Below, in pieces: positions 40,401 to 51,135 of a stretch of DNA of 64,000 nucleotides; position 1 is the first letter of the stretch, and the number at the start of each line of letters is the position of its first letter. The translations under genes and the position numbers were made by a program. The stretch spans positions 11,865,815 to 11,929,814 of the forward strand of contig MU054323.1 of assembly GCA_013239625.1 (NCBI GenBank). Direction: 5' to 3'. This stretch comes from Lama guanicoe. Taxonomy: Eukaryota. The notes beneath the pieces are model-generated. The model made no database searches and was not told where the DNA came from. It saw only the letters and a list, made by a program, of their open reading frames with translations.

Positions 40401-42684
40401 TCTGGGGCATCTGGTGTTGGGTGTGCCAAGGACTCGTTATAGAGACTAATGCAGAGTGAGCATATTTCCCAAGGAGAAACTTAGACCTGTAAACTGGTAA
40501 TGGGGATGATCGTTAGGTAAGGTTGGGCATTCCCATACATCCTCAGAGGACTAGTTGTTATCGTTGAGCCGGCAAAGGGCAGCATGTCAGGTGGAGTTCA
40601 GGGTGGCCATTTCCCCCTTGGGGATCTCTCGATGCCCCTCCTCCCACCCCCTCTGCCTTGGCTGGGCCGGGCTTGCAGGTGTCAGGTGTGTGTCTCAGGG
40701 ACTGGGCAGACTTACCTACCAATCCCTGGCACAGATCCAGCCTTCTGGCCTTGGCAGAATAGAACTGAGGATTGCTGTGCAGCTCCTGCGGGAACAGATG
40801 ACACTGTCCTGATTAAGAACAAGGAAGCTCCTGGGGCTACAGTGACTGTAGTTTCCCACATCCCAACACTGGCCTTATGGGGACACAGATGTATGTGTGA
40901 AGTCAGGGATGTCCCAGAAAATTTGGCATACAGATCCAGCCCACTGTATTTCTCATTCCTTCTTGCAGCTCATGTTAAGTCAGAAACCCAGAGAACTCTG
41001 TATGGATATTGAGAAATAGCTTGTACCAAAAATGCCTTTTCTTGGAGTGTCTGTTTAAAATGGAAGCATCTTCAATGGAAATGTTTATGCCAGCTATAAA
41101 ATTCTGGTTTCTGAAGAGAAAAAAAAGTGAACAAAGGGCCACAAATGGCAAAATATCCTTCTTTCTTCTGGGTGAGTTTAGTCCATTACATATATATGCT
41201 GCATCTTCTTTATCCACTCATCTATTGATGTGCACTTAGGGTGCTTCCATATCTTGGCAACTATAAATAATGTTGCTATTAACAGCAGGGTGTATGTATC
41301 TTTTTGAATTAGTTCTTATTTTGTGGTTGGCTTTATTCCTTTGATAACTATGTAAGTTTAAAAAGCTAAAGCTCTAAACTTTCCTAGGCACAATGAACAA
41401 TGCATATATGTAAATTCAAAAGATATATGCAGTATATTGTGTATATGTATTCACATGCAATACATTGTTTATGTGCAGTCAAATTGTAACAATTCTACCT
41501 AATAAAACTGAAAAATGTGGAAAAAATGGAAGCATCCCTTTTAGAGGGTGTTCTCATTTTTCCTAGAGATCTTCCCATTCCCTCACTCTGCCCCTACTTC
41601 TCCTTCCCACTCCCCAGTCCCCAGGCCAGTGGCCTCTCCAGCTTCCTTGCTGGGATGCAGGCTGGGGAGGGGTGGTACAGTCTCTGCTCCATGGAAGCCC
41701 TAGATCCCTCCTTCTTTGCATGGGCACCGTTCCGTCGAGGTCAGCTGTGTGGCACACTCACTGTATCAGCAATTCCCAAGACTTTCTGGGGGAAGAAGAA
41801 TCTCGGCTGCCATCTGGTTTAGGAGGCTTACTTGGGAATTTTAAACACAATGGGGACTGATTAAGCCTGGGCTGCAGGCTCAGACAGTGATGGCTGAACA
41901 GGGCACAGGAAAGGGGAGAATCTGTAGCCCAGCTTAACTTCATTTTGTTCTCTAGGTGTGTTCTGGAAATCTTGGGTGTCAATCACGTTTGGGGGAGCTG
42001 GATTGCCTGGGAACACATTAAGAAGTTGCCAACAAAGGAATTGTTGATGGAGCTTATACAGTGAAGAATGCCTTGTAAAGTGACTAATAGCTTCTTCCTT
42101 TAGGTGTTTCGTGAGCCTGATTAGGGGGAGAGGAGTGAAGATTGGTGAAACTTTGTCTCTCTGGCAGATGGTACTGGTGACTCAGATGGAGCTCAGCAGA
42201 ACCCTGATAGATTTCTGGCTGCAGCTGCTCTGTGCTTCTGGACAGGGCGTGAGGGAGAGCTACCTCCTAGACCCCTCTCAGGGTCATCCCTGTGTCTCTC
42301 TGGGAAATGGGAATGTGAGCACTAACCCAGGGCACTTCACGTGGGGACTGATGACAGTAAATAAGCCCTGAGCCCTGGGAAGGAGGGTCAGGGTTGACCC
42401 ACAGAGTATGTGCGGCCCGGAAGCCCCCTCCTGGCCCCCCTCCCCGGACCCTTTACCGGAGGCCGCCTCCACTGCAGGCGGCGAGGCAGCTTCCCCAGCA
42501 GGGCCCCGCTGCCGATGGAGCGCAGGGTGGCCGGGAAGCTCTTGTCCTCAAAGAGGCAGCCGTCCCTCAGGCATCTTTCCAGCAGGGACTCGTAGTCCTG
42601 TTGGGGGAGCTGAGAAGCGCACCCCACGAAGTCCTTCCGCCCCAGCTTCCAGCCGCCGCCGCAGAGAGAAGGCAACAGAGACAT
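16451..42684 (-). CDS. CAPN14: Calpain-14, complete spliced CDS (21 coding exons, 2064 nt, 687 aa; CysPc protease core, C2L/CBSW domain, penta-EF-hand)
   Basis: Exons joined by hand with GT-AG boundaries and matching phases give one uninterrupted [11 protein letters not shown]...WLMMTLYT*. Catalytic motifs [12 protein letters not shown] (Cys codon 39855-39857), GHAY (His 38278-38280) and LRNPWG (Asn 36476-36478) are present. The sequence closely matches human CAPN14 as I recall it, and adjacency to EHD3 matches the known synteny. Confidence 0.97.
18200..18550 (+). mobile_element. Old MaLR (MLT1-type) LTR
   Basis: CCCCAGCTGACCCAC..ATGAGC..AATAAATGCTGCTG..GCCACTGA motif; boundaries approximate. 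Confidence 0.5.
18764..18819 (-). CDS. CAPN14: CAPN14 exon 21
   Basis: [27 protein letters not shown]; 56 nt. Confidence 0.95.
19135..19251 (-). CDS. CAPN14: CAPN14 exon 20
   Basis: [48 protein letters not shown]; 117 nt. Confidence 0.95.
19882..19960 (-). CDS. CAPN14: CAPN14 exon 19
   Basis: [36 protein letters not shown]; 79 nt. Confidence 0.95.
20611..20679 (-). CDS. CAPN14: CAPN14 exon 18
   Basis: [39 protein letters not shown]; 69 nt; EF-hand loop. Confidence 0.95.
20680..22004 (-). other. CAPN14: U12-type (minor spliceosome) GT-AG intron of CAPN14
   Basis: Donor GTATCCTTT (22004-21996); branch site GACCTTAAC (20699-20691) ending 11 nt before the exon; no long polypyrimidine tract. 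Confidence 0.92.
22005..22069 (-). CDS. CAPN14: CAPN14 exon 17
   Basis: [33 protein letters not shown] (U12-type donor); 65 nt. Confidence 0.94.
22560..23800 (-). mobile_element. Ancient L3/CR1 LINE reverse-transcriptase relic
   Basis: Minus strand near 23375-23410 translates [12 protein letters not shown], compare the CR1 RT motif LIKFADDTKLGG; interrupted by a probable hAT MITE at about 22.8-23.08 kb. Confidence 0.65.
23951..24727 (-). mobile_element. L1 3' fragment (ORF2 end + 3'UTR)
   Basis: Antisense L1 hallmarks: CATGTTGCTGCAAATGGC, GGGATTGCTGGATCATATGG, CATTCCCACCAGCAGTGTAGGAGGGTTCCC. Confidence 0.92.
25444..25501 (-). CDS. CAPN14: CAPN14 exon 16
   Basis: [29 protein letters not shown]; 58 nt. 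Confidence 0.94.
26840..26896 (-). CDS. CAPN14: CAPN14 exon 15
   Basis: [28 protein letters not shown]; 57 nt. Confidence 0.94.
27363..27399 (-). CDS. CAPN14: CAPN14 exon 14
   Basis: [21 protein letters not shown]; 37 nt; phases fit both neighbours. Confidence 0.92.
27846..28303 (+). mobile_element. Internally deleted Tigger1-like DNA transposon
   Basis: Terminal inverted repeats (T/C)AGGCCT.. / ..AGGCCTG with TA on both sides; internal AAATTAAAGGTTTGGGCAACCCTGC and GCTAAAGGTTCAGATGATGG typical of Tigger1. Confidence 0.8.
28824..29029 (-). CDS. CAPN14: CAPN14 exon 13
   Basis: [16 protein letters not shown]...[11 protein letters not shown]...[19 protein letters not shown]; 206 nt. Confidence 0.95.
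30966..30974 (-). CDS. CAPN14: CAPN14 exon 12, 9-nt micro-exon (MNK)
   Basis: TTTTGTTTTTTAG|ATGAACAAG|GTGAGT; phase 0/0; supplies the MNK that I recall in human CAPN14 (..YLYR-MNK-YHDDQ..). Confidence 0.9.
31462..31625 (-). CDS. CAPN14: CAPN14 exon 11
   Basis: [11 protein letters not shown]...[10 protein letters not shown]...[14 protein letters not shown]; 164 nt. Confidence 0.95.
32633..32796 (-). CDS. CAPN14: CAPN14 exon 10
   Basis: [13 protein letters not shown]...[24 protein letters not shown]; 164 nt. Confidence 0.95.
33841..33915 (-). CDS. CAPN14: CAPN14 exon 9
   Basis: [34 protein letters not shown]; 75 nt. Confidence 0.95.
34290..35280 (+). mobile_element. Old L1 (L1M-type) 5'/ORF1 region fragment
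   Basis: A-rich decayed ORF1-like sequence (AAATTCACAGTGTCCAGCATCCAATAAAAAATTAC...CTAGAATTGAAAAATATAATATCTAAAATGAAA). Confidence 0.6.
35465..35490. repeat. (TA)13 microsatellite
   Basis: Directly visible. Confidence 0.95.
36191..36276 (+). mobile_element. Very short L1 3' terminus with TSD
   Basis: ATAACTGAATCACTTTGCTGTAC...(AAT)n tail; flanked by TTATAAATGTGAG and TTATAAACATGAG. Confidence 0.8.
36435..36520 (-). CDS. CAPN14: CAPN14 exon 8 (catalytic Asn)
   Basis: [38 protein letters not shown]; 86 nt. Confidence 0.96.
36760..37195 (+). mobile_element. MaLR (MLT1-type) LTR
   Basis: TG..GTTGAATGG...AATAAATTTCTGTAGCTTTAAGCC..TTTGTGGCAATTTGTTACAGCAGCC. Confidence 0.8.
38251..38316 (-). CDS. 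CAPN14: CAPN14 exon 7 (catalytic His; tandem acceptor, alternative start 38313)
   Basis: CAG|(K)[27 protein letters not shown]; 66 or 63 nt. Confidence 0.92.
38890..39064 (-). CDS. CAPN14: CAPN14 exon 6
   Basis: [26 protein letters not shown]...GCQTHSG|GTGAGA; 175 nt. Confidence 0.96.
39471..39607 (-). CDS. CAPN14: CAPN14 exon 5
   Basis: [20 protein letters not shown]...[14 protein letters not shown]; 137 nt. Confidence 0.96.
39621..39634 (-). promoter_or_regulatory. CTCF motif in CAPN14 intron 4
   Basis: Minus strand TCACCAGAGGGCGC, a near-perfect CTCF core. Confidence 0.55.
39744..39862 (-). CDS. CAPN14: CAPN14 exon 4 (catalytic Cys)
   Basis: [15 protein letters not shown]...[14 protein letters not shown]; 119 nt. 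Confidence 0.96.
40716..40785 (-). CDS. CAPN14: CAPN14 exon 3
   Basis: [32 protein letters not shown]; 70 nt. Confidence 0.95.
41138..41313 (-). mobile_element. L1 fragment
   Basis: CAAATGGC...CTTTATCCACTCATCTATTGATG..CACTTAGG..GCTTCCATATCTTGGC. Confidence 0.8.
42457..42684 (-). CDS. CAPN14: CAPN14 first coding exon (exon 2; exon likely starts at 42731 with 47 nt of 5'UTR)
   Basis: GCC-ATG start; encodes MSLLPSL...[10 protein letters not shown]...LQWRRPP; donor CCG|GTAAAG; upstream acceptor TTTCAG| at 42732; 228 nt. Confidence 0.93.
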
Positions 42685-43289
42685 GGCCAGGGACCTGGCG
42701 AATCCAAGGGCCTGGGATGGCTCAGTTGCGCCTGAAATGAAGAGCGGAGGATGCTGTTTCCTCTCTTCCTGTTGAGGCTTTGCCAGGCCCACAGGGAGGA
42801 GGAGAAAGGAGCTGTCAGAAAGAGACTGAAGCATGTGGTGTATTCTTATCCAGGAAAGTGGTGGTCCTAGAGTTTCGCTTAAGTGCTGGGGTTCCTGGCC
42901 AGGGTTGTGGTCCCAGCTGCCACAGAAGGTCCTGTGCGAAAAAGGGGTCTCCCCAGCGTTAGGGCTGAGTCCTGGCCCTTGACTGTGCCAATGTCCCACG
43001 GCCAGTCCCGCTTAATAGGGATACAGGGAGGAGAGGAGCAGGAGTGGAAGCTCAGTTCGCTTGCCAGACGTGGAGGGGGCGGGGCTGCCCCTTCAGTGCT
43101 CCTTCCGGGGCCTCTGAGCTCACACATCCTCTTCCTCCCGCTCCAGCGTCCTCCAGCTTTCCTGCAAAACCGCATCTTTTGCTTTCCTCCTTCTACATTG
43201 TCTTCAAAACTACTTCCTTGATGACATTCTTTGGCAATGTGAAACAAACAAACGTGTTGTGGCAAATGCTGAGAATTACCTGTACCTCC

Positions 43290-43760
43290 CCATCCACCCT
43301 TTTTTCTTACTAATAGAATCCCAGATGTGATGGTCCAGCTACAAAACTTGATTTCCCTGGGCTTCTTGCAGGATAAGGCAGCCACACAACATAGTGCTGA
43401 CCAATGAGATGAAGGTGGATGTCTCTTAGGTGGGGCTTTTGGAAAAGCTATGACTTTCCTAACAAAAAAACAAAAACAAAAACAAAACAAAACAACAATA
43501 ACAAAACAGCTTCAGTTGGTACTAATTTTGACATCCCTCCTTTCCCCGTTCTGGAAAGCAGATGTGATGCTTAGAGATGGAGGAGCTGTCTTGGGACCAT
43601 TAGGGAAAAGCTGCATGCTGGAAGGAGTCTGGATCTTAATGACTTCTTTGAACAAATGAACCAGCCTTGGGTGGTTTGCCTCTAGACCTCTTATTACATG
43701 AGAAAGATAAACCATTTGCTTACTTAAGCCAGTGGTAGCCAGACTCTGTCGTGTTCTTTG
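43290..43760 (+). mobile_element. Old MaLR (MLT1-type) LTR interrupted by an (A)nC run
   Basis: GACCAATGAGATG...GGAGCTGTCTTGGGACCAT...CATGAGAAAGATAAACC..TTAAGCCA; boundaries approximate. Confidence 0.6.
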
Positions 43761-44375
43761 TCAGTCACTGGATGTATGCCAGTTTCATGCAGTCATAGCA
43801 CTGTGAACTGATATTCAATGGTATGTAAAATTTTACACACGTTTTGGGGGGTCAATGGGTCCCTCTTTTGAAGCTTACCCATGAGCTTCATATTAAGAGC
43901 TCTGCAAGCCATGGGCCCTGCCAACCTAAATACTCCAGCATATCCTTAGATCTGCATCTACTTTTGTGCAGTTGTGATTGGTTAAGTCTGATTTTTATGA
44001 CCTCTATTATTTGCATCCTTATCCACCTAGAATTAGAAAATGTCGGAGCTAGACTAAGCCTTGGAAAACATGTAGTCTGGTATTTCCCAAAATTATTTTA
44101 GCAGTGGGCTTCTTTCTTTGAATGAAATCCTACAGAAGCTCAAGGGTGGAGGCTTAGGTTTGCAGGCTGGACCCCAGTGCGTCTTTGCAAAGTTTCTCGT
44201 TCTATGGTTTGGAAACCACCAATCTTTTCCAGCTCCATTCATTTTTCAAGGGGTAAAGCTGAAATCCATTCATCCATTCATTCACCAAAAATTTAACTGA
44301 GAATTTATCATCTTCCAGACTTGAGCTTGGCACCATTTTCCAGAGACAGTCCCTGCCCTCATGGCTCTTACAGTC

Positions 44376-44378
<3 letters not shown>

Positions 44379-44406
<28 letters not shown>
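44379..44406. repeat. (TG)14 microsatellite
   Basis: Directly visible. Confidence 0.95.
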
Positions 44407-44413
<7 letters not shown>

Positions 44414-46911
44414 GGTAGTCAAATGATCTCAGTGCCACACGAGGAAACTACATTAGAGCCAGATCCAGGACCCAGGGCCCTGACTTCCATTACTGTGTTC
44501 AGACCTCAGTGCCAAGAACTCACATTTGTGTGAGGTTTGGCCCTTGGGACAGAATGTATATGCACTAAAAACCACCTACCTACAGGTCTATACTAAGTAT
44601 GGGGATTCCCTCACAGCTGGAGAAGTGACCTGAGGGTCCTCTTCATTTGTCAAGATCTTGCCATCCTCCAATGTTCAACTTGATCCCTCCTCCAGGAAGC
44701 CTTCCTTGAGTGCCTGGCCTTCACTGAGCTTCCCTCATCCTGACAACCTACTGACCCACTGCCGACCCCATAGGACACCCTACTGCCCTCTAATTGATGC
44801 TTCTCAAATGATCACTAGTGAAGGACCTATATTCTTTGATTTCCAATTTATCATAGAAATTTAATGGAAATGAATTAACAGAAAAATAAAAAATGTTTAA
44901 GATATACAAAATACAAGCCCTTCTCTAAAAATTTCAGATTCAACAGAAATAAAATTGCTATGAAAGTTTCTAAACACTTAGTTTTCTACTTAGCTCATCG
45001 TGCACTGCTCATGACCAGTTCATGGAATGGCCTCTTGTCCTCGGACCCCACAGTGGGCTCTGCTCTGAGTGAGTCATGCACTGAAACTTCCCCTGCCTAA
45101 CACCGACCTGTTGTTTCCCAGGGGATTAACACTTGTAGAACGCTGTTAGTCTCACACCCTTACCGCTCTCTGAGGTCAGGACACTCCGTTTTCAGGCTGT
45201 TCTTTTTTATCACAGGTGCTTACACACTTCCTGGGGGCAAACCCAAGACTCTCCCAACCTAGTTATATGGATACAAAAGCTGTTATTCTTGGTCTTGTGT
45301 CTTCCCCTGAGTTTTTCTTCCTGATACGGACTATCAGGCAAAGCTTTTCCAGTCCACTTCCTTACCAACAAGTTCCTTCCACCACATTTACATTTGTAAA
45401 CATGAGGCCACATAAAGACAAGGTCTTACTTTTTTTGTTCTTCAAGCCTGAACAGCAATCCTTCACTGCTCCTGATGTGACAGATGGTAGCAGCGGGTCC
45501 CTTGGCTTCAGAATGTGACCCAGGCTCATGCCCTCCTTATGGGGCTCTGGGTCACACTCAGATTCCTCTTCGAGCTTGAAAACATTGCATCTCATGACAA
45601 CCCTTGGCGCCTTGTGGGGCATACCCAGCACGAGATCCTCTCACCCTCCAAATTTCAGAATGAGGTCACACGCACATATATCTCATCTTTAAAGAAGTAT
45701 TCCTAACTCATCTTAAGAAGAGTCTAGATCCAGACGTGGCCAGTTGGAAGTTCTTGCATGTCTTCTGTGTGTTACAAGCTGTGGAAGAAACTGTCTCATT
45801 CCCAGATTGTCACAGTTCTCTGCAAAGGGCCAGATGGATCCTGGTCATATTTGGAAATTGCATTTTAACTTATAAGTGAGCAGTGTTGAAACAGGCCCAT
45901 AAAGCAAGATGATGCAGATAAATAGGAAAAAGCCAACCGGGGCACAGATAGTAGAGCGTGCAGCCCAAAGACATGCTGCCTGTGTCTGGGAGTTTCCTTG
46001 GCTCCCCACAGGGAGTTAGAATCCCCTGTCATGTTCTCCGGGTCAGGATTCATTTGTACTCAGCCAATCAATATTCAGAGCCTCAATCTTCACTTTTCCA
46101 TAGTAGCTGTGCTTGCCTTCTCCAGAGATGCTGGCAGAAGGGAGAGCTTTACGGTGGTGGAGGTATCCCTGGTGCTCATGACCCCAAGGGGGCCTTTGAA
46201 TGTTAACTGGCTGGTGAATGTTAAGAAGCATCACTGGGTGAGACACTGGGTCTGTTTCATGCCTTAAGTCCCTGCCTTGATACCGAGTTCATTCATAGGT
46301 TTACTGAGAACCTACTGTGTGCTAGACACCGTGCCCATGCTGGACACATACACTTGGCTCTTGATCCCCCAGTAAGAATAGAGTCAGGACTCTGAAAAGG
46401 AAACAAAGGAAAAAGGAACCACGTCCCCACTCACAGGTACTGTACACCTGTAGAATCTTCCCGCGGGATGACTGATTTCCAGAGAACTCTGGCACCTTGC
46501 CACAACCCCCTAAGTTGTCTGAGGTAAAATTGGAATAGAAACCTCCATTCTTGCACAGTGGCTCTGTCTACGTGATAAAAGGCATCGGATTGAAAAAGTG
46601 ATCAATTCCATGCTCTTGACAGTTGGGACAAAAGAACAAGACTAAGTATCAGCCCTGCCTGATTTATCTTGGGCAGCAAGGTACTTCTTTTGTGTAACAG
46701 GCATTGTTCCCTGCTAATGGAGCGCCACGTTTGGAATTAGAAAACCCAGGAGGAGGCCAGGTTTGCCACCTCTTACTTGTGTGGCTGTGCACAGACACCT
46801 GACCATCTCTGAGCTGGCCACCTAAGCTGTAAAATGGAGATGACAGGTACTGTGCCTACTCTCAGGACTCAAGGTGACAACAATGTGAAGTGGCCTGAAA
46901 AAACTCTAAAG

Positions 46912-47126
46912 CAGGGGTTGGCAAACTATGGCCCCTGGGCCAAATCTGACCCACCTTTGGTTTTTGTAAAAGAAGTTTTATTGAAACACAGCCACACTTC
47001 CCTGTTTATGTACTCTCCATAGCTGCTTTTGCAACATACAACAGCAGAGCTGAGTAGGTGGAGCAACGATCACATGGCCCACAAGTAAAAATATTTACAG
47101 CCTGGCCCTTTACAGAGAAGTCCGCC
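46912..47126 (+). mobile_element. MER58A-like hAT MITE
   Basis: CAGGGGTTGGCAAACTATGGCCC..GGGCCAAATC...TGGCCCTTTACAGA; CTAAAG repeated on both flanks. Confidence 0.8.
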
Positions 47127-48295
47127 CTAAAGCACTACCTAACCCAGGTAGAGTGTTGCTGCTTGACGTCAGGCACAAGGGGAAACTAAAAGGAGAAATT
47201 CACAGAATCAAACGTGGTTAATTGATCCATCACCAAGAATTTATCTTAATGCAATGGAATTGTATCTCCAATTGATTCATTGAGTTTTTTTTTTTACAGA
47301 CTCTTAACATTTATAGTCACATTCGTGTCTCAAAAAGATTTAAAGATGTGTCCTGCCATTTCTCTCTGCTAAAGTCTAGTTTCTAACACATTTTTTACAG
47401 GGGTGGACATGAGGCATTCTTGAGCAGTTTTCAGATGGGTTTGTGGGTACTGACCATGAATAGGAGAACCCACAGCTCTGTGTACAGATCATGACCTACC
47501 CATAAAAGGGGGAATGATTTCACAAAATTAATGGTTGGAAAGGATCTTGAAAGTTTACTATTTAGATATCTGCCTGCATTTAGATTTCATTTTTAGTAGA
47601 AGACCCCAAGACATCGCCTTTCAGGAAACAGTGAAGCAAGTGGTCCAACTATGAGCAACTGAAGGCTAGGATAGTATTTTTCCCTCCTGGATTCACAGAG
47701 CCCAGCATGGTATTATAAATAGAGAGATGGCTGATAAGTGTTTGCTGACTGAATGGATGGATGTTTCTTCATTTGTAAAATGTAGAGAATGATAACGCCT
47801 GCCCTCTCCACCCCTCCTGATGTGAAGCTGAAAGCAGAAGAGGATGTGAAAACTTTCTGGGAGTTGCCAACCACTTGCTGCTCTTCTGTTGTTCTCTTCA
47901 CATCCCTGGAACTGACTTAGGCTGGCATTTGCTTTCAGGGGCCTCCTTAACAGCATCCCCCCATCCAGGCTTGCTTTAGGGCTCCACTCTGGTGGGGGTG
48001 TGGGATCTAGGGCAAGGTGCCCTGGGGAACAAAGTAAAATCAAGATCAGCCTTCAAGAAGAACAGGAGTTTCCTTAGGGACCACGCACCTGGAGAGCGGA
48101 CTGGGGAAGTCAGGGACAGAAGAGGCAGGAAGCTCCCTGCCTTAACTGGTGATGCAAGGGGGTCTCTTGGGTTGATTGCATGCCTATTTGGAGATGTAAG
48201 AACTTGGCTGGTGGCGCTCCCTACCCACTTCCAACTGCCCCATCTTCCATATGTCTCCAGGAGACACTACCCAGCCACAGATCTTTGTAGAAGTG

Positions 48296-48340
48296 CAGAC
48301 ATCTCCAGACAACTCCAGACACCTCCAGACACCCCCAGAA
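48296..48340. repeat. 10-bp-unit tandem repeat (ANCTCCAGAC) x about 4.5
   Basis: CAGAC ATCTCCAGAC AACTCCAGAC ACCTCCAGAC ACCCCCAGAA. Confidence 0.9.
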
Positions 48341-49409
48341 TATGAAGGTGCACCTGGAGTTGCCATGTAGCAAAGTCAACTTTCCATGGGCTAAGGAACA
48401 TTCACTTGGCTCATGTGAAAGCCAGACCCTGATGTTGCTCTTTGCAGATGAACCACACATCAAGCTAGGAGGAACTTGGTGGCCACCCCCTTTCGGCACC
48501 CCTGTGTAGAGGTAGGGCCTCTGAACAGTTCCAGGGGCATCTTTTGTGCACATCCTCCTTTTTACCTTCTTACAGGCTCCTAGGCTGGAATCTCACCTGC
48601 TTCTGGTTTTAACAGTTCCCACCCAGGAGGTGGAAGCATCCTAGTCTTAGAGTCACTCGCTGATTTCTCCACCACCTTCCTCACTTTCAAAGGACCCACA
48701 TTTGATTTTTTTTTTTTGCTCCTTTCTGGGCATTTCAAAACACGTTTGAATAGAAAGAAATTTTAAAAACAGATATAAATGAGTGTCTCATATTTTTTCA
48801 GGAGTATTTGCATCCTAAAAGGGTCACAGGCTTTGAACTGTAGCATTTGATTAAATAGAGGGAGTATTTCTCCCTCTGATCCACACAGAGCATGACCTCA
48901 AATCCAAAGTGGTCAGGCTCTCAGGGCTTGGGCCCCTTTCTGGGTAAATAACCCAGAGCCCACACCCTCTGCTCTACCCCAGCATACCTTCCGCCTGCGC
49001 ATAAACACAAGACGTGGCTTGCCCTCTCTGGTTCACACTGCATCCATCCTTCAAAGTTCAGCCCTTGTTTGCCGTCCTCCCCAGAGCCTTCTCTGGCCTT
49101 CGAGCACATTTCCTTCTCTCCTTACAGCTGAGTTCCCTCAGTGAGGCACGGATTTTTTTCACCCCAGGAAAGGTATTCTAAGGACCTCTGAGTTTGGGTG
49201 ACAGGGGGAGACTGTTGTGAAAGGAGTGGCCATGAAAGAACAATCTTGAATCTGTGATGACCTAGCACTGGAAGTGGGGAGGAGGATTCTGTGTAACAGC
49301 ACCTCTCAGCCCCTGAAAGCTCGGTCCGGACCTGAGAACCCATGGCTTCACATCTCAGGCTGTAATATCCACTACTCCAGAAAATCGAGCTATGTGGTTA
49401 GAAACCCAG

Positions 49410-49850
49410 GCAACCCTTTGGAAAAAGGAAGTCAATCAAAAACATCTTTTAGGAAAACCATTTGGCAGTCAATACTAAGCATAGATACGTCCTCTGATAC
49501 AGGAATTCCTGGGTATAACCCAACAGAAATGCTTACACTCGTGCCCCCCAAACATGTACAAGGATACTCACAACAGTGTTATTCCAAATAGCTCTGCTCT
49601 GAGAACAACCACAAGCCCATGAACCTGGGTAAATAATATTGGGGACCATTCATACAACAGAATGCTATAGAGCGTGGATAATGAACAAACAAGAACTACA
49701 CGTTACCATACAGATGAAAGTCACAGACTTAGTACCGAGTGCAAAATCCAGACACAGAAATTCTATGATTCTATTCACATAACTTTCAAAAAAAAAAAGG
49801 GCAAAATTCATCTGTGTGTGAGAAGTCAGTTTCCTGGTTACTCTTGGGGT
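49410..49850 (+). mobile_element. Old L1 (L1MC/ME-type) 3' fragment
   Basis: AATTCCTGGGTATAACCCAACAGAAATG...TATGATTCTATTCACATAACTTTCAAAA. Confidence 0.65.
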
Positions 49851-51075
49851 GGAGAGATTTATCCTCAAACCAATTATGCCTCTAATAGTTAAATCGACTC
49901 TGTTCCTTCCTCCTGATTGTTGTGATGGTCAGGATTTACAAGGCAGATTGAAAAGGGAAAAATTCAGTTCATTTAGGTAAGTCTTCATTAGACACCTCCC
50001 CACGGGCCCTCAACGGCAGGGGTGCAGGAGGAATCAGAATTTCTGCCCTCAAAGAAGTCACAGTCCAAAGACAGAGCTCCCTTCTCTTCCCTGGGAGGCT
50101 CACTCTGTGTGATGGTCAGTACCCAACCCACCCAAGAGTCCTCACTCTAGGAAGTCAGAGAGAGGCTCCCACCCTGTCAGGTCTGGAAGCTCTCCCCAGA
50201 TGGAGAAACTTAGGCCCACGTCACTGGTTCAAGGTTAGGATCACAGCCCTAGCCCCGACCTCCTGTAGCCTGGACCAGGCATGTCCAGAACAAAAATGCT
50301 TAAGTCAAAGCCAGGCTTCATCCCACCTGCACAAACAGTATCTCCCTCTGCCTTCACAGGACAGAGTTACACACTCAGCTGACAGCTGACGACCTTCCTC
50401 CACAGTCATCCAGACTCTCAGTGAGTGACTTTTCCCGATGCCCAGAGGCCAGCAAACTGCTCCAGTTGAGGTGATTTCTAGATTTCTCACCTAAGCAAGG
50501 GCCACCCCTTAGCACCACTCTGACAAGTATCACACGCGGGACCATTTCGCTCTCACAGAATGTGAGTATTGTCATCGGGGTCTTCTGAACGTCTGATTTC
50601 AGAGGATGTCAAACCAGCCTATTGGCACCCAGAGAGCAGGACCCCACAAGGCCCCAGGGCCCTCCAGCCCCCTTCCAGAATTGAGGAGGCTCAGAAGACC
50701 CCTGGAAGGGCCTGAGCCCTGGGAAGTGACAGCACCTAGCAGCATGAAAAACTCTACCAAATAAATATTGATGGGAATCAGAGCTGGAGGGACCTCAGGG
50801 ATCACCCAGGTCCAAAGATTCCCTTATTTTAGTGAGGAGACTGAGACCAAAGGGCTGAAGTCTACAGTTCGAAGTTACACTGATAAGCAATTGCACAGCT
50901 GAAAACAAAATTCGGGTCTCCAGACTCCAGGGTTCTTTCCATATACACTCTGACCTGCAAAGCTCATAGCCGGAGAAGCAACTCCCTTTCTCTCACCTTC
51001 TGAACCCAGATGCTGCAGAGGCCCCTTGGGGCTCTGCGTTAACCTGGACCCACCCTTGGATCTAAAGAAATTTAC

Positions 51076-51135
51076 CTGTACAGGAGATCTTGCTTCTTTG
51101 AGCAACAGGACAGGCTGTAATCCCAATGCAGATAG
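51076..51135 (-). other. CAPN14: Candidate non-coding exon 1 of CAPN14
   Basis: Starts about 30 nt below TATAAG (51164-51159), contains no ATG and ends at donor CAG|GTAAAT (51075). TSS is approximate. Confidence 0.55.

Noticed and set aside
42388..43490. Two 203-aa minus-strand ORFs and several antisense ORFs around CAPN14 exon 2
   Set aside because: Only 42457-42684 is calpain-like. The rest is read-through into intron or MaLR sequence, or GC-rich shadow frames.
48296..48340. CRISPR-like repeat array
   Set aside because: 10-bp head-to-tail units without spacers, in mammalian DNA; a simple tandem repeat.
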